Counted from the stretch's first letter, positions 35,807 to 46,842 are shown. The stretch is DNA of 64,000 nucleotides from Patescibacteria group bacterium (GCA_023484515.1 JAMDAY010000007.1:50179-114178), one strand, 5' to 3'. Numbers and translations: made by a program. The notes: a model not told the origin generated them from the letters alone.

Positions 35807-36616
35807 ATGGAACAAAAAGACTTGGTTTTAGATAAAATTTTGCAAACCATTCCGGCTGCCAGCCCAATTTTAGTAATTTTGGATAAGGATGGCGTGCTAG
35901 ATCCGTTCGTGGAAAACCCGGAAAAGGCGTTTGTGCCGGAGCTGACAAGGGACGCCGTTAATCGGCTGGCCGGCGCTCCCGATACCGACGTGGCAATCGT
36001 CAGCGGCAGGTCCGTAGAGCAGTTAAAAACGCTGGCGGGAAATTTAAACGTGACTTACATAGGCCTGCACGGCAATGAAAAATACGACAACCAAACGCGC
36101 AAATACCAACGGCAACCGGACCCGGAAATAGCGGAAAAAATTATCCTGCTGGGAAAAAATTTAAAAAAAATTTTGGCGGAAAAAAAGCTGGGAAACAAAG
36201 GCGTAATTTTAGAAGTTAAAAATTGCGCGGCTGCCATCCATTGGCGCAAGGCGCCGGAATTGGAGCAAGCAGTCACGGATATATTCCTTAAGGCCCTATC
36301 GGACCAGAACTTGCTGGCAGACGGCAAATTATCCTTGCAGGCAGGCTCCATGTTTTTGGAACTGAAGCCGAATTTATACAATAAGGGCAGCGCCGCAGCC
36401 GAACTTATAAGGTCTAAAAATTACAACCATATAGTGTGCATAGGCGACGACCAAACCGACCTTTCCATGATGGAAGCGGTCAAAGAGTCCGGCAAACCGC
36501 ATACCATTGTAATCGTGGACAGCCGGATAAATTTTCCCGGAGCATTCAGGTTGGACAGTCCCGAAGAAGTTAAAACTTTGCTTTCGCTTCTTGCGGCTAA
36601 GCGCAAGACAAATTAA
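35807..36616 (+). CDS. HAD-IIB family phosphatase (trehalose-6-phosphate phosphatase-like)
   Basis: DKDGVL (DxDGT variant) and GDDQTD motifs of the Trehalose_PPase/HAD-IIB family. Confidence 0.6.
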   Translation: MEQKDLVLDKILQTIPAASPILVILDKDGVLDPFVENPEKAFVPELTRDAVNRLAGAPDTDVAIVSGRSVEQLKTLAGNLNVTYIGLHGNEKYDNQTRKYQRQPDPEIAEKIILLGKNLKKILAEKKLGNKGVILEVKNCAAAIHWRKAPELEQAVTDIFLKALSDQNLLADGKLSLQAGSMFLELKPNLYNKGSAAAELIRSKNYNHIVCIGDDQTDLSMMEAVKESGKPHTIVIVDSRINFPGAFRLDSPEEVKTLLSLLAAKRKTN

Positions 36617-36660
36617 AAAAAATCTATACACCCGGACTTGGTGCGGCATATAAATTGCGA

Positions 36661-36690
36661 GCGCGTATGACATCTGTCATACGCGCTTTT
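36661..36690. terminator. perfect 12-bp palindrome GCGCGTATGACA-TC-TGTCATACGCGC + TTTT
   Basis: Read directly; bidirectional between convergent genes. Confidence 0.6.
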
Positions 36691-37219
36691 GTGTTACAAT
36701 CATCTGACAATACTGGCAGATGCCAAGGCCGCCAAAAACCGCCATAATACCGGCACAAATTGTGCTAGTTACCGGATCGGCAACCAACCAAGTTATAGCC
36801 GCTGCCGCCAAGGCTACACCTCCTATCCGCGATGCGGGACTCGGTTTCCAGATCGGCCTCTTAATTATGTGACTAAATGGAACCAAGACGGTGACAGTCG
36901 CCTGAACCAAGGTAGCAGCCGCATACACCCACAGAGGAAAGCCGGCCTTAAACACCATTACCAGCAATACTCCTTGGACTACCATCCTGTCTCCTATGGC
37001 GTCGGCTAATCGTCTTATCATAGCTATCCTCCTATTAGAAGCAAACGGAGAGAGCCTAAATACCACGCCATCACAAATATCCAACAAGGCTATCAAGGCA
37101 ATTCCCATACCAGCCCTAAGAGGAGAATAAACTACCCAATAAGCCGTAATCGTGCCGATCAGGGGTTTTATGAATGTTAACCCCAAGCCCGCCCATCCTG
37201 CAATGATCCTAAATTGCAT
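36677..37219 (-). CDS. CDP-alcohol phosphatidyltransferase-like membrane protein
   Basis: LDICDGVVFR...IGDRM resembles the D-G-x2-A-R...G...D...D motif; multi-TM. Confidence 0.4.
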   Translation of the reverse strand: MQFRIIAGWAGLGLTFIKPLIGTITAYWVVYSPLRAGMGIALIALLDICDGVVFRLSPFASNRRIAMIRRLADAIGDRMVVQGVLLVMVFKAGFPLWVYAAATLVQATVTVLVPFSHIIKRPIWKPSPASRIGGVALAAAAITWLVADPVTSTICAGIMAVFGGLGICQYCQMIVTQKRV

Positions 37220-37378
37220 TACAACCTCCTTATCTTTATTTAAAATTATATCACAGTTTAGAGTTGGCTTTTTCCTTAAATTAGCTTATAATATAACCAA
37301 ATAAAGGCTTTTGAGACAAAAAACCTCCTTTTGGCCTTCTTTACGGGCAAAAAGGGACAAGGAAGGGAGGTGAAAAAA

Positions 37379-37603
37379 ATGAACGTATTAAATTGGATCG
37401 CTTACGTGCTGGTGGTAGTAGGCGGCTTAAACTGGGGGCTGATTGGCCTCTTTGACTTAAACCTGGTAAATAAAATTTTGGGCAGCGTTTCCTGGCTGGA
37501 AAAATTAGTCTATATTTTGGTAGGCCTTTCCGCCTTATTGATCATTTTTACTGTCCGTCCCGGTCCGGCCAAAGCCAAACCCACGCAACAGCCGGCAATG
37601 TAA
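37379..37603 (+). CDS. DUF378-family small membrane protein
   Basis: YVLVVVGGLNWGLIGLFDLNLV matches the DUF378 signature. Confidence 0.6.
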   Translation: MNVLNWIAYVLVVVGGLNWGLIGLFDLNLVNKILGSVSWLEKLVYILVGLSALLIIFTVRPGPAKAKPTQQPAM

Positions 37604-37617
37604 CGTTGTATTTGTTA

Positions 37618-37664
37618 AACAGCCGCCTTCCTTGGCTCTATGCGCCGGGCGGCTGTTTATTTTG
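37618..37664 (+). terminator. terminator AAACAGCCGCC...GGCGGCTGTTT + ATTTTGG
   Basis: Read directly after the DUF378 gene. Confidence 0.55.
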
Positions 37665-37720
37665 GCTGACAAATTTTTTATCCGGAAAAGTGAAGCCTGT
37701 AAGCCTTAAACCGGAAATTT

Positions 37721-37843
37721 TTATTCCTTTCCACCCCCTCCTTCAGTAGAGCCGAAACCGCGACCGGTTTCCTCTCCTGACTCTTCGGAATCGGTCCGGC
37801 CAAAACCGTGGCCGGTTCCTTCCTGGTTAAAAATTTTAAACAT
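37721..37843 (-). CDS. glycine-rich small protein (40 aa: MFKIFNQEGTGHGFGRTDSEESGEETGRGFGSTEGGGGKE)
   Basis: Strong GGAGGTG RBS 6 nt upstream of the ATG; below the ORF-track size cutoff; preceded by two related palindromes. Confidence 0.4.
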   Translation of the reverse strand: MFKIFNQEGTGHGFGRTDSEESGEETGRGFGSTEGGGGKE

Positions 37844-37865
37844 GTTATTCACCTCCTGACAATCG

Positions 37866-37990
37866 CCGGTAATTCTTATCCCCTGAAGGCGCCCTTCGGG
37901 GATAAGTATTCTTAAGATAGCTTGATAATGGCCATTGCCTGATAATCTAAACCCGTTTGTCCCGGAAGGGCGCCTTCAGGGAAAACAGCC
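37866..37990. promoter_or_regulatory. pair of related perfect palindromes (CTTATCCCCGAAGGCGCCCTTCGGGGATAAG and CCCTGAAGGCGCCCTTCCGGG) upstream of the glycine-rich peptide gene
   Basis: Read directly; possible operator or attenuator sites. Confidence 0.4.
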
Positions 37991-38062
37991 GCATTTTAAA
38001 TTGAATGCGCACACAAATGCCTGCAACGCCTAAATGACGGTATAATAATTTTCCACTTACAA

Positions 38063-38093
38063 GCAAAAATCCTCCCTTTTAAAAGGGAGGATT
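38063..38093 (-). terminator. rpsA terminator, perfect palindrome AATCCTCCCTTTTAAAAGGGAGGATT + T5
   Basis: Read directly on the minus strand. Confidence 0.65.
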
Positions 38094-38108
38094 TTAAATC
38101 TTGGCGTT

Positions 38109-39365
38109 TTAAGACTTGGCTTCTTCGCCTGGAACAGGAGGTTTTTCTTCCGGCTGGTTTTCGGGCGATACTTCTTCACTTTTACCAGACGCGGAATTTT
38201 TTGCAGCAAGTTCAGCTTGTGTGTCTTCTGCTTTTTTCTTGGATGTTTCGTGCAAGGCTTTTAGGGAAAGGCCCAGGCGGTGTTCGGCGGGTTCAATGGA
38301 AATAATCTTGAATTCCTTTTCCTCGCCGGCCTTAAGGACTTCTTCGGCATTTTTAATGGCGTCATGGGACAATTCCATTATATGGGCCAGACCTTGAATA
38401 TCCTTGTCCAGCTCCACAAACACGCCAAACGGCATAATTTTAGTAACCTTGCCTGTTACTTTCTGGCCAATTTGGTATTTTTTGACAGCTTCCAGCCAGG
38501 GGTCAGGCTGTAATTGCTTAATGGACAGGCTGACGCGGCCTTTGTCTATGGAAATGACTTTTGCCTGAACTTTCTGGCCTACCCTGATAATATCCTTGGG
38601 ATTTTCTATGCGCTGCCAGGCCAGTTCGCTAATGTGCACCAAGCCTTCCAAGTCGCCAAATTTCACGAAAGCCCCAAAATCCACCACGCCGGTAACCGTG
38701 CCTTCCACCACTTGGCCGATTTTTAATTCCCCAAGTTTTTGCTCCACTTCTTTTTCGTATACGGCTTTTTCGCTGACAATTAATTTTTCCTCGTTGCTGT
38801 CTGCGGTAATAATCTGCACGTCAAACAGCTGCCCCACGTAAGATTGCAGAACTTGTAAAATTTTGTTCTTGTCCCCGTCTTCCACGCGCGGATAATGTTC
38901 CAAAGACAACTGGGAAACCGGCAGGAATCCCAAAACATTGTTTATTTCCACCATAAGGCCGCCTTTGTTGGCTTCCAAAATCTTAGTGCGAACAACTTCC
39001 TTGCTTTCCAGCTTGGACCTTAAGGTCTGCCACACGCGCTCCTGGCCGGCCTGGCGCAAGGACAGTTCCGCAATGCCTTCCTTATTTTCCGGCTCCACTA
39101 CGGAGACGAAAATTTTGTCGCCGGGCTTTAAGGAATTCAAGGTGGCCTCGTCGTCGTAAAGCTCGCGGCCGCGAACCACGCCCACGCCGTAGCCTTCCAA
39201 ATCCACGTAAACTTCGTTCTTGCCGACTGAAATTAAAGTGCCTTCCACCATGTCGCCGGTTTTAAGCACCTTTATTTCCGCGCCGGCCGACAGCAAATCC
39301 GCCATGGTTTGTGCGGACTGCGCGGCAGGGGAAATAGTAGAGATTGTTTGGGTATTTTCTTCCAT
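38109..39365 (-). CDS. rpsA: 30S ribosomal protein S1 (four S1 domains)
   Basis: Repeated S1-domain pattern (G.V.G.V..I...G.FV.L); start taken at MEENTQTI. Confidence 0.85.
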   Translation of the reverse strand: MEENTQTISTISPAAQSAQTMADLLSAGAEIKVLKTGDMVEGTLISVGKNEVYVDLEGYGVGVVRGRELYDDEATLNSLKPGDKIFVSVVEPENKEGIAELSLRQAGQERVWQTLRSKLESKEVVRTKILEANKGGLMVEINNVLGFLPVSQLSLEHYPRVEDGDKNKILQVLQSYVGQLFDVQIITADSNEEKLIVSEKAVYEKEVEQKLGELKIGQVVEGTVTGVVDFGAFVKFGDLEGLVHISELAWQRIENPKDIIRVGQKVQAKVISIDKGRVSLSIKQLQPDPWLEAVKKYQIGQKVTGKVTKIMPFGVFVELDKDIQGLAHIMELSHDAIKNAEEVLKAGEEKEFKIISIEPAEHRLGLSLKALHETSKKKAEDTQAELAAKNSASGKSEEVSPENQPEEKPPVPGEEAKS

Positions 39366-39812
39366 AAAAAAATAATGAACAAAAATGACAAAATTGAACA
39401 AAAATAAAACAACGGCTAATCGTTGTTAAAGATTATCAAAACCTTATCAATTTTGTTAATTGTTAACAGCGCTCCTTACATTGGCTTATTCGGGATTAAT
39501 AATATTGATTCTTTTGAGCGCCTTGCGCCAAATAAGCATTAAGATTATAGCATTTTTACAAAAAAAAGCAAGGGCTGCTATTATTTATTTTACACGGATT
39601 TTAAAAAAAATATTCAGAATTTAGCCCTAAAAACGCTTCCAATTTGGGTAAAAAGATGCTATCATTATTGGGTAGATTTATATATTTATTCCGATCTGCA
39701 GATTGCCAAATCTTACGGATACCTACAGATGTTAATATATCAAAGCGCGATAAATAGCCATATCTGTAGGCATCCGTAGATCCGCATTAATCCGTAGATC
39801 TGCATTATATTC

Positions 39813-40439
39813 ATGCAAATACAATACTTTGGCCTGTCATCGTTTAAAATTTCCACCAAAGAAGCGGCAATTATTACCGACCCGTTCCATAAAGATTCGG
39901 GACTGACTCCGCCCAGGGGAGCGGCGGACATTTTAATTTTGGCGGAAAAAAATAAGGCGTTATACTCCGCCGCCTCCGGCATCCAAGGCGAACATTTTGA
40001 CATTATTGACCCGGGCGAATACGACGTCAAAGGAGTAACCGTTACCGGCATCCCCTTAAAGCAGGAAGACAAATATGTCACTATCTTTTTAATAGAGAGC
40101 GAAGACATCCGCATCTTGAACCTGACGCACATTAAGGACTTTAACTTAAAAGAGGAAGAGCTGGAAGAGCTGGGCGACATAGATATTTTAATTTTGCCGG
40201 TCGGGGGCAATACGGTCTTGTCCGCTTCGGCCGCCAGCAAGGCCGTCAACTCCGTGGAGCCGAAAATTGTCATCCCCTCCCACTATAAGATGCCGGGGCT
40301 AATTTCAGACCTGGACCCGCTGGACAAATTTATTAAGGAAATGGGCGGCAAAAAGGAAGAAATGGAAAAACTTACGGTGAAGAAAAAAGATTTGGCGGAA
40401 GAAGGAATAAAAATAGCGGTGTTGGAACCGTTAAGGTAA
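39813..40439 (+). CDS. MBL-fold metallo-hydrolase (UlaG-like/beta-lactamase-fold short form)
   Basis: Typical MBL-fold layout; DILILAE and HYKMPG regions. Confidence 0.55.
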   Translation: MQIQYFGLSSFKISTKEAAIITDPFHKDSGLTPPRGAADILILAEKNKALYSAASGIQGEHFDIIDPGEYDVKGVTVTGIPLKQEDKYVTIFLIESEDIRILNLTHIKDFNLKEEELEELGDIDILILPVGGNTVLSASAASKAVNSVEPKIVIPSHYKMPGLISDLDPLDKFIKEMGGKKEEMEKLTVKKKDLAEEGIKIAVLEPLR

Positions 40440-40525
40440 TTGAAAAATTAAAAATTGAAATATTTAAAGATTCTTTAAAGCCGCCAATTATTCATTTTTC
40501 AATCATTCAATTTTTCAATTATCCC

Positions 40526-40729
40526 ATGTCTTTAATAGACAAAATCAGGCAAAAGCCCCAGGAAGAAAAGCTAAGGATAATTTGGACGGCAGCCATTGCC
40601 GCTGCCGTTGCCTTAATAGCGCTCTGGGCCTTAACCGCCAAATATTTGGTCAACAAGCCCAAAGACACCACCTTGTTCCAAAAAATCGGCGAAGGCATTA
40701 AAGGCGTGCAGGAGAATTTTAAAAAATAA
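40526..40729 (+). CDS. small single-pass membrane protein (67 aa)
   Basis: One TM helix (IIWTAAIAAAVALIALWALTA). Confidence 0.35.
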   Translation: MSLIDKIRQKPQEEKLRIIWTAAIAAAVALIALWALTAKYLVNKPKDTTLFQKIGEGIKGVQENFKK

Positions 40730-40734
40730 TACCC

Positions 40735-41364
40735 ATGGGCCGTTTTCCAAAATATCTGCCAAAGGGGGAAGGCGAAGGCAATTATTACAGGCCAAATAGC
40801 AAACAAGAAAAACACCTTCCGGAAAAAAGAATAGAAGTGCTGGAAATCAGCAAAGAAGGGACGGAATATCTGCAAACTTTAAGAGAAGAGACCGAGGCAA
40901 TCCGTAAATGGCTGTTTGAAGAAGCCAGGCCCCTTGTCCAGCCCATAATTGACGCCCAAAAAAAATCCAATAGAAGAGAATACCAACTTGCTAAAAACGA
41001 TTTGTGGCAAAGTTTTAAGAATAAATTTGCCACACAACCAAATCTGGCGCTAAAGTCCTTGATCCACCAACTTCAGGGCAGGGAACTGAAAACCATCCAT
41101 TTACAACTGGCAAAAAATTATAACCCCGGATCGCCTGACCTGCCGCCTAAAAACCAGGTTACCGGACCAAGCGATGTGTTCCCAATTACCCACTTGAGGG
41201 ACGACTTGCAAAAAACGCTGCAGCAATTCTGGCTTTCTGAAAAAATGGAATCTTATGACAATAAGGAAGAAAATATCTTTCGTCTCCCGTTTTGGATAGA
41301 AAAAACCAATAGGGCCGCCATAGCAATCTTGAAAACCATTAATCAAGTTAATATTATTCCTTAA
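40735..41364 (+). CDS. hypothetical protein (209 aa)
   Basis: ORF with coding-like composition directly upstream of gyrA; no recognisable domain. Confidence 0.4.
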   Translation: MGRFPKYLPKGEGEGNYYRPNSKQEKHLPEKRIEVLEISKEGTEYLQTLREETEAIRKWLFEEARPLVQPIIDAQKKSNRREYQLAKNDLWQSFKNKFATQPNLALKSLIHQLQGRELKTIHLQLAKNYNPGSPDLPPKNQVTGPSDVFPITHLRDDLQKTLQQFWLSEKMESYDNKEENIFRLPFWIEKTNRAAIAILKTINQVNIIP

Positions 41365-41373
41365 TCCTAACTT

Positions 41374-43839
41374 ATGCCTAAAGATTCAAAACAACCTGTT
41401 CCCGCAGATGTCGGCCTGGTCAAGCCCAGGGACATCCAGCAGGAAATGCAGGAGTCTTACCTTGACTACGCCATGAGCGTCATTGTCAGCCGCGCCTTGC
41501 CCGACGTGCGCGACGGCCTTAAGCCCGTGCACCGCCGCATTTTGTATGCCATGCACGAACTGGGCCTGCGCCATAACGTCAAGTTCCGCAAGTCCGCCAC
41601 CGTGGTCGGGGACGTGCTTGGCAAATATCACCCCCACGGCGATATGGCGGTTTACGATTCCATGGTCCACATGGCGCAGGACTTTTCCATGCGCTACCAG
41701 CTTATAGACGGCCAGGGGAACTTTGGCTCCATGGACGGGGACGGCGCCGCTGCCATGCGTTACACCGAAGCCCGCATGTCGGCCGCGGCCGAAGAACTTT
41801 TGCTGGATTTGGATAAAGATACGGTAGACTGGCGCGACAACTACGATGCCACGCGCAAAGAACCCGCCGTCTTGCCCGGCAAGCTTCCCAACCTGCTGCT
41901 TAACGGCACTTTGGGTATTGCCGTAGGCATGGCCACCGACATTCCGCCGCACAATTTAAATGAAGTCTGCGACGCCGTAATTAAATTGATTGACGACCCC
42001 GAGGCCACCACCGAGGACCTGATGGAATTTATAAAAGGTCCCGACTTTCCCACCGGCGGCATAATTTACGACATTGCGGCCATTAAAAACGCCTACGCCA
42101 CCGGCAAAGGCAGCATTGTCATGCGCGCCAAAACCGAAATTGCGGAAACCAAAACCGGCGCTTTCCAAATTTTAGTGCATGAAATCCCTTATAGGGTAAA
42201 CAAGGCCACGCTGCTGGAAAAAATTGCGGAACTGGTGCGGGACAAAAAAGTGGAAGGCATCCGCGACGTGCGGGACGAGTCGGACAAGGACGGTGTAAGG
42301 ATAGTAATAGACCTGAAAAAAGAAGCGCTGCCGAATAAAATTCTAAACCAGCTTTTCTCTTACACCCAACTGCAGGAAAGTTTCCACCTGAACATGCTGG
42401 CCTTGGTGGACGGCATAGAACCGCACATCTTAAATTTAAAGACAGTCCTGGAAAAATACATAGAGCACCGGCAAAAAGTGGTGCGCCGGCGCACTGAATA
42501 CGAATTAAGGAAAGCCAAGGAACGCGCCCACATACTGGAAGGCTTAAAGAAGGCGCTGGACCACATTGACGAGGTTATCAGCACCATCAGAAAAAGCCCG
42601 ACCAAGGAAGAAGCCAAGGTTAATCTGATGAAAAAATTCAAGCTGACGGACATTCAAACCGACGCTATTTTGGAAATGCGCCTGCAAACCCTAGCCGGCC
42701 TGGAACGCAAAAAGATAGAGGACGAGCTGAAGGAAAAGAAAGCGCTTATTGCCGAACTGGAAGACATTTTAAAATCCAACAAGAAAATTTTAGGGATTAT
42801 ACGCAAGGAAGTGCTGGAAATGAAAGGCAAATTCGGCGACGAGCGCCGGACCGCAGTGGTAAAAAACGCGGTTGGCACCTTTAGCGCGGAAGACCTGATC
42901 CCGGAAGAAAACGTCATAGTCACCATTACCAAGTCCGGCTACGTTAAAAGGATTCCGCCCGACACTTACCGCAGCCAGAGCCGCGGGGGCAAAGGAGTAA
43001 TCGGCCAGACTCTGAAAGAGGAAGACGTGGTAGAAAAACTCTTCACCGCCAACACCCACGATGACATTTTGTTCTTTACCAATAAAGGGCGGGCGTTCCA
43101 GACCAAAGTTTACGAATTGCCCGAAGGCTCGCGCGTCAGCCGCGGCCAGGCCCTGGTGAACTTTTTACAGCTCGGAGCCGGGGAATTTTCCACCGGTGTC
43201 CTGACGTTAAGTAAAAAAGACCCGGCCAAATTCCTGGTAATGGCCACGCGCAACGGCCTGATCAAGAAAGTGCCGCGCGAAGAATTCGCCAAAGTCAGGC
43301 GCAGCGGCATGATAGCCGTTTCGCTCAAAGGGAACGACGAGCTCCGCTGGGTGGAATCCAGCGACGGCGATGACCAGATTATGCTTTCCACGGAAAACGG
43401 GCAGGCCATCCGTTTCAGCGAAAAAGACGTGCGGCCCATGGGCCGGTCGGCGGCGGGCGTTACCGGCATGAGGCTGAAAAAGGGAGACTTAATTATTAGC
43501 ATGGATGTCATTAAAAAATCCGCGGACGCTAAAAACCTGGCCGTTCTGGTAATTACGGAAAACGGTCTGGGCAAAAAAACCGAGCTGTCGTTTTACAAAA
43601 TCCAAAAACGCGCCGGGTCGGGGATTAAAACCCTGAAAGTGACTCCCAAAACCGGCAAGATTGTCTCCATGTATATTTTAAACGCTGAAGAAGAGCACGA
43701 CCTGGTTTTAATTTCCCGCGCCGGACAGGCTATAAGGACGCCCCTGGGCTCGGTTTCCATGCTTGGCCGCGCCACCCAAGGCGTCAGGGTCATGCGCCTG
43801 GAAGAAGGGGATAAAGTCGCCAGCGCCACGATAATTTAA
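41374..43839 (+). CDS. gyrA: DNA gyrase subunit A
   Basis: [22 protein letters not shown], active-site Tyr region [11 protein letters not shown]-terminal beta-pinwheel repeats. Confidence 0.95.
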   Translation: MPKDSKQPVPADVGLVKPRDIQQEMQESYLDYAMSVIVSRALPDVRDGLKPVHRRILYAMHELGLRHNVKFRKSATVVGDVLGKYHPHGDMAVYDSMVHMAQDFSMRYQLIDGQGNFGSMDGDGAAAMRYTEARMSAAAEELLLDLDKDTVDWRDNYDATRKEPAVLPGKLPNLLLNGTLGIAVGMATDIPPHNLNEVCDAVIKLIDDPEATTEDLMEFIKGPDFPTGGIIYDIAAIKNAYATGKGSIVMRAKTEIAETKTGAFQILVHEIPYRVNKATLLEKIAELVRDKKVEGIRDVRDESDKDGVRIVIDLKKEALPNKILNQLFSYTQLQESFHLNMLALVDGIEPHILNLKTVLEKYIEHRQKVVRRRTEYELRKAKERAHILEGLKKALDHIDEVISTIRKSPTKEEAKVNLMKKFKLTDIQTDAILEMRLQTLAGLERKKIEDELKEKKALIAELEDILKSNKKILGIIRKEVLEMKGKFGDERRTAVVKNAVGTFSAEDLIPEENVIVTITKSGYVKRIPPDTYRSQSRGGKGVIGQTLKEEDVVEKLFTANTHDDILFFTNKGRAFQTKVYELPEGSRVSRGQALVNFLQLGAGEFSTGVLTLSKKDPAKFLVMATRNGLIKKVPREEFAKVRRSGMIAVSLKGNDELRWVESSDGDDQIMLSTENGQAIRFSEKDVRPMGRSAAGVTGMRLKKGDLIISMDVIKKSADAKNLAVLVITENGLGKKTELSFYKIQKRAGSGIKTLKVTPKTGKIVSMYILNAEEEHDLVLISRAGQAIRTPLGSVSMLGRATQGVRVMRLEEGDKVASATII

Positions 43840-43881
43840 CGCAAAAGCGAAATCCTAACGGGTTTCGCTTTTTACAAAATT

Positions 43882-44871
43882 ATGGACAACCTAACTCGCA
43901 GGGAATTCCTCACTGCCATGGGAAGCTTGACCGCAAAACCCTTGGAAAGCAAACATTTGCCTGCCCAAGAAACAAAAGAAAGCGGATCGGACAAGGACGT
44001 CTTAAAAAAATTACAATTTGAAACGATTTATGGAGAACCGGAACTGAGTATCTTACATTTTACCCGGGCTGACGGAAAAAAATATTGGACATCGCCCAGC
44101 CAGGGGACGGCAACCATGTCTTCGCCGTTTGAATTCTTTAACCGAATCCATATTTGCCAAGGCAAAGAAAAAATTATTGAAGGACAAATTTGGCATACCC
44201 ATACCCTAGCCGCGCTAAATAAACTAAAACGGCTGCCTGACAATCTGTTAAAAAAATTTCAGCAGGATCCCAAGTCAATAAATTTTTCCATCCCCCCTGG
44301 TCTTTCAATCCGCAACCAGGTGTTCTTAGATGGCGATATTTTTGTTTTGTTGGCTGCGACTTCGGAATTCCATAAAAATGTAAAAATTTCTGCAGGGTTG
44401 GCTGAGCCTGGGGGGCAGTGGCAGATGGAAGCCAAACTCAATCCAGGAACTTTTTCAAAAAAATACGTCCAGCTACAAGATGAAGCGGATAAGTTATTCC
44501 ATCCTTTAATATTTAAAAACCAAAACTGGCTGATTGATTTATATGGGACTAATGAACGGGCGAACAAACTAGTCCGCACCCGTACATACTTAGAATTTTG
44601 TCGCTACCTATGGCTTAATCACTGGGACGAACCCGTTTCTCAAGAAGTGAGAAAAGAAGTACCCTTGTTAGTTACCCGAGAAGACGAATTAATAAAACAG
44701 TATGCGCCCGTATTTACCCGAGCAAGCAGGCATATTGAAGAATGCATGGATAACCCTAAAAATAATGCTAATATCCATAGTTTAAGATCTGCTCTAGTTC
44801 AAGACTTTCGCGAATTGGGAATAGCAACTACGTTTACCCCCTATGAATGGGGAAGCTTGCCAACAACCTGA
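43882..44871 (+). CDS. Tat-signal (RREFL) secreted hypothetical protein
   Basis: N-terminal twin-arginine motif RREFLTAMGSL; no recognisable domain. Confidence 0.5.
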   Translation: MDNLTRREFLTAMGSLTAKPLESKHLPAQETKESGSDKDVLKKLQFETIYGEPELSILHFTRADGKKYWTSPSQGTATMSSPFEFFNRIHICQGKEKIIEGQIWHTHTLAALNKLKRLPDNLLKKFQQDPKSINFSIPPGLSIRNQVFLDGDIFVLLAATSEFHKNVKISAGLAEPGGQWQMEAKLNPGTFSKKYVQLQDEADKLFHPLIFKNQNWLIDLYGTNERANKLVRTRTYLEFCRYLWLNHWDEPVSQEVRKEVPLLVTREDELIKQYAPVFTRASRHIEECMDNPKNNANIHSLRSALVQDFRELGIATTFTPYEWGSLPTT

Positions 44872-44885
44872 TACTTATAAAACCT

Positions 44886-44960
44886 AATAACCCGTACCTA
44901 GACCGGTACGGGTTATTATTAATACAATAACGGCTCAACGCGTTGAGCCGTTATTAGCCG
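44886..44960 (+). terminator. two tandem perfect hairpins (AATAACCCGTACC-TAGA-CCGGTACGGGTTATT and AATAACGGCTCAACGCGTTGAGCCGTTATT)
   Basis: Read directly between the hypothetical gene and the tRNA-Ile. Confidence 0.55.
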
Positions 44961-44987
44961 TTATTTAAGATATCCTAAACTATGTTC

Positions 44988-45063
44988 TGGTGGGCGCGGA
45001 AGGACTCGAACCTTCGACCAATCGTGTATAAGACGATCGCTCTACCAACTGAGCTACGCGCCC
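44988..45063 (-). tRNA. tRNA-Ile (anticodon TAT, i.e. UAU), CCA encoded
   Basis: Acceptor GGGCGCG/CGCGCCC, D-loop AGTTGGTA, anticodon stem ATCGT/ACGAT with loop CTTATAC, T-arm GAAGG-TTCGAGT-CCTTC. Confidence 0.8.
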
Positions 45064-45141
45064 GTGAAGGTTATTATACCAGATTTTAATTTCTTTTCAA
45101 TATCGCAATAATGGTTTACAATATAAATACCAAAATCCCTT

Positions 45142-46842
45142 ATGGCAACAAAAATACAAACCATTGCCGGTTACTGGAAAAGAGATAAGATATTTTACTT
45201 ATCCTTATTGGCCATTGCCGCCGCAGTAACGGCGTGGTTGTTTTTAAAACACGGTTCCGCGCCGCAAGCAGCGGTAGCCGAACCGCTGACCCAGGAAGAA
45301 CTGGTTAAGCTGGTCAAGCCTTCGGTAGTCCGCATAATCCAGCACGCCACCGGACAGGCCGCCATACCGCAGTTGGACTTTGACGCAAAAAACCTGGCCG
45401 TTAACATATTGCCCGGCAAACCTTTAAATATTATTAACGTAGACGAATATGTCGCCGGCAGCGGATTCATAGTTAATCCCGACGGATACATTTTAACCAA
45501 TTCCCACGTAATTTCCCAAGAAACCATAAAGGAACTGTATCTGGAAGACGCCCTGCGTTCAGCCATAGAAGCCAAGACAAACAGCTTAAGCACCGAAGAA
45601 ATAAGAAACCTGTTTCCCAGCCAGGAAGCCCTGGCCAATTTTGCGGCGCAAAGCCTGGATCTTGTGCAAAAAAACAGCTCTTTCACTTTAAAAAGCGTTA
45701 TCACGGTCCTAAACCCTTCCGCTTCGGTTGATGATCTAATCACATTGAGCAAAACCGGTTTTATTGCCAATATAATAAGCATAAACGAAAATTTTTTTAA
45801 GGACGAAAAGGACGTCGGTCTGATAAAAATTGCCGGCCGCAACCTCCCGGCAGTCCAATTAGGCGACGCCGGCCGGGTAAATGTTGGCAATAAAATTTAT
45901 GTTTTTGGATTTCCCGCCACGGCCGAACTTAACGGACGCAGTCCCCTGGAGTCCACTTTTACCCAGGGTATTGTTAGCGCCATTAAAAATTCCCAAAATC
46001 GCGAGTTCAAGGTTTTCCAGACTGATGCCAAAATTTCCCAAGGGTCTTCCGGCGGCCCGCTATTTAACAACAAAGGCGAGGTGGTTGGCATTGTCACTTT
46101 CCAAACCAGCGCCAGCCTCCAGGGAATTGGCGACAACTTTGCTTTTGCCGTGCCTGTAAATTTGGCACAAGAAGTCCTGCAGAAAGCAAGGGTCAGCAAT
46201 GATACAAACGGATACTGGCAGCATTTTCAAACCGGACTGCAATATTTCAACAAAGGACAATGCCGGCAAGCCAAAACGGAGCTAACCCTGGCCGCCCTGG
46301 CTAATCGCGACTTTGCGGCAGGCCAATATATTAACCCTTATCTGGAACAATGCGACCAAATAATCTTTAACGGCAGTTCCATTGGCAGCAATTACCGGTT
46401 CGCCCTGTCATGGTTGCAAACCATAAGCGGATTTGCCTGGTTTGTCATAATCGGCAGGATTATTTTAATATTTGCCGGTATTTTGGTGCTGGCAAAAGGA
46501 ATAAAAAGACTGCGGAAAGACGAAAGGGAAATTGTCGAAATGGAAGCGGAGCTGCGCGAAGAGGAAAGGGAAAAATCCAAATTGTTAGGCCAATTGGAAA
46601 AAAAGGGCATCCCCCTGCCTTTGCCGGACCAGGAACTGCACGCCGACCACCGTCTGGCTTTAAACATTCCGCATCCGCACGTCGCGCAATTCGTCCAAGA
46701 AGCAAAAACCATAGGAATGAAAGACAGGCATATTTCCGAAGAACTGGCCAAAGCCGGCTGGAAAGAACAGGACATTACTAACGCCTTAAAACAAGACACG
46801 GGCGCAGCCAGCCAGGCGGAAGACCCGGCTTATGTGCTATAA
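45142..46842 (+). CDS. trypsin-like (S1C/HtrA-type) serine protease domain protein with C-terminal TM and coiled-coil region
   Basis: Catalytic triad context (TNSHV, D, GSSGGPLF); C-terminal hydrophobic helix plus EELREEEREKSK. Confidence 0.7.
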   Translation: MATKIQTIAGYWKRDKIFYLSLLAIAAAVTAWLFLKHGSAPQAAVAEPLTQEELVKLVKPSVVRIIQHATGQAAIPQLDFDAKNLAVNILPGKPLNIINVDEYVAGSGFIVNPDGYILTNSHVISQETIKELYLEDALRSAIEAKTNSLSTEEIRNLFPSQEALANFAAQSLDLVQKNSSFTLKSVITVLNPSASVDDLITLSKTGFIANIISINENFFKDEKDVGLIKIAGRNLPAVQLGDAGRVNVGNKIYVFGFPATAELNGRSPLESTFTQGIVSAIKNSQNREFKVFQTDAKISQGSSGGPLFNNKGEVVGIVTFQTSASLQGIGDNFAFAVPVNLAQEVLQKARVSNDTNGYWQHFQTGLQYFNKGQCRQAKTELTLAALANRDFAAGQYINPYLEQCDQIIFNGSSIGSNYRFALSWLQTISGFAWFVIIGRIILIFAGILVLAKGIKRLRKDEREIVEMEAELREEEREKSKLLGQLEKKGIPLPLPDQELHADHRLALNIPHPHVAQFVQEAKTIGMKDRHISEELAKAGWKEQDITNALKQDTGAASQAEDPAYVL

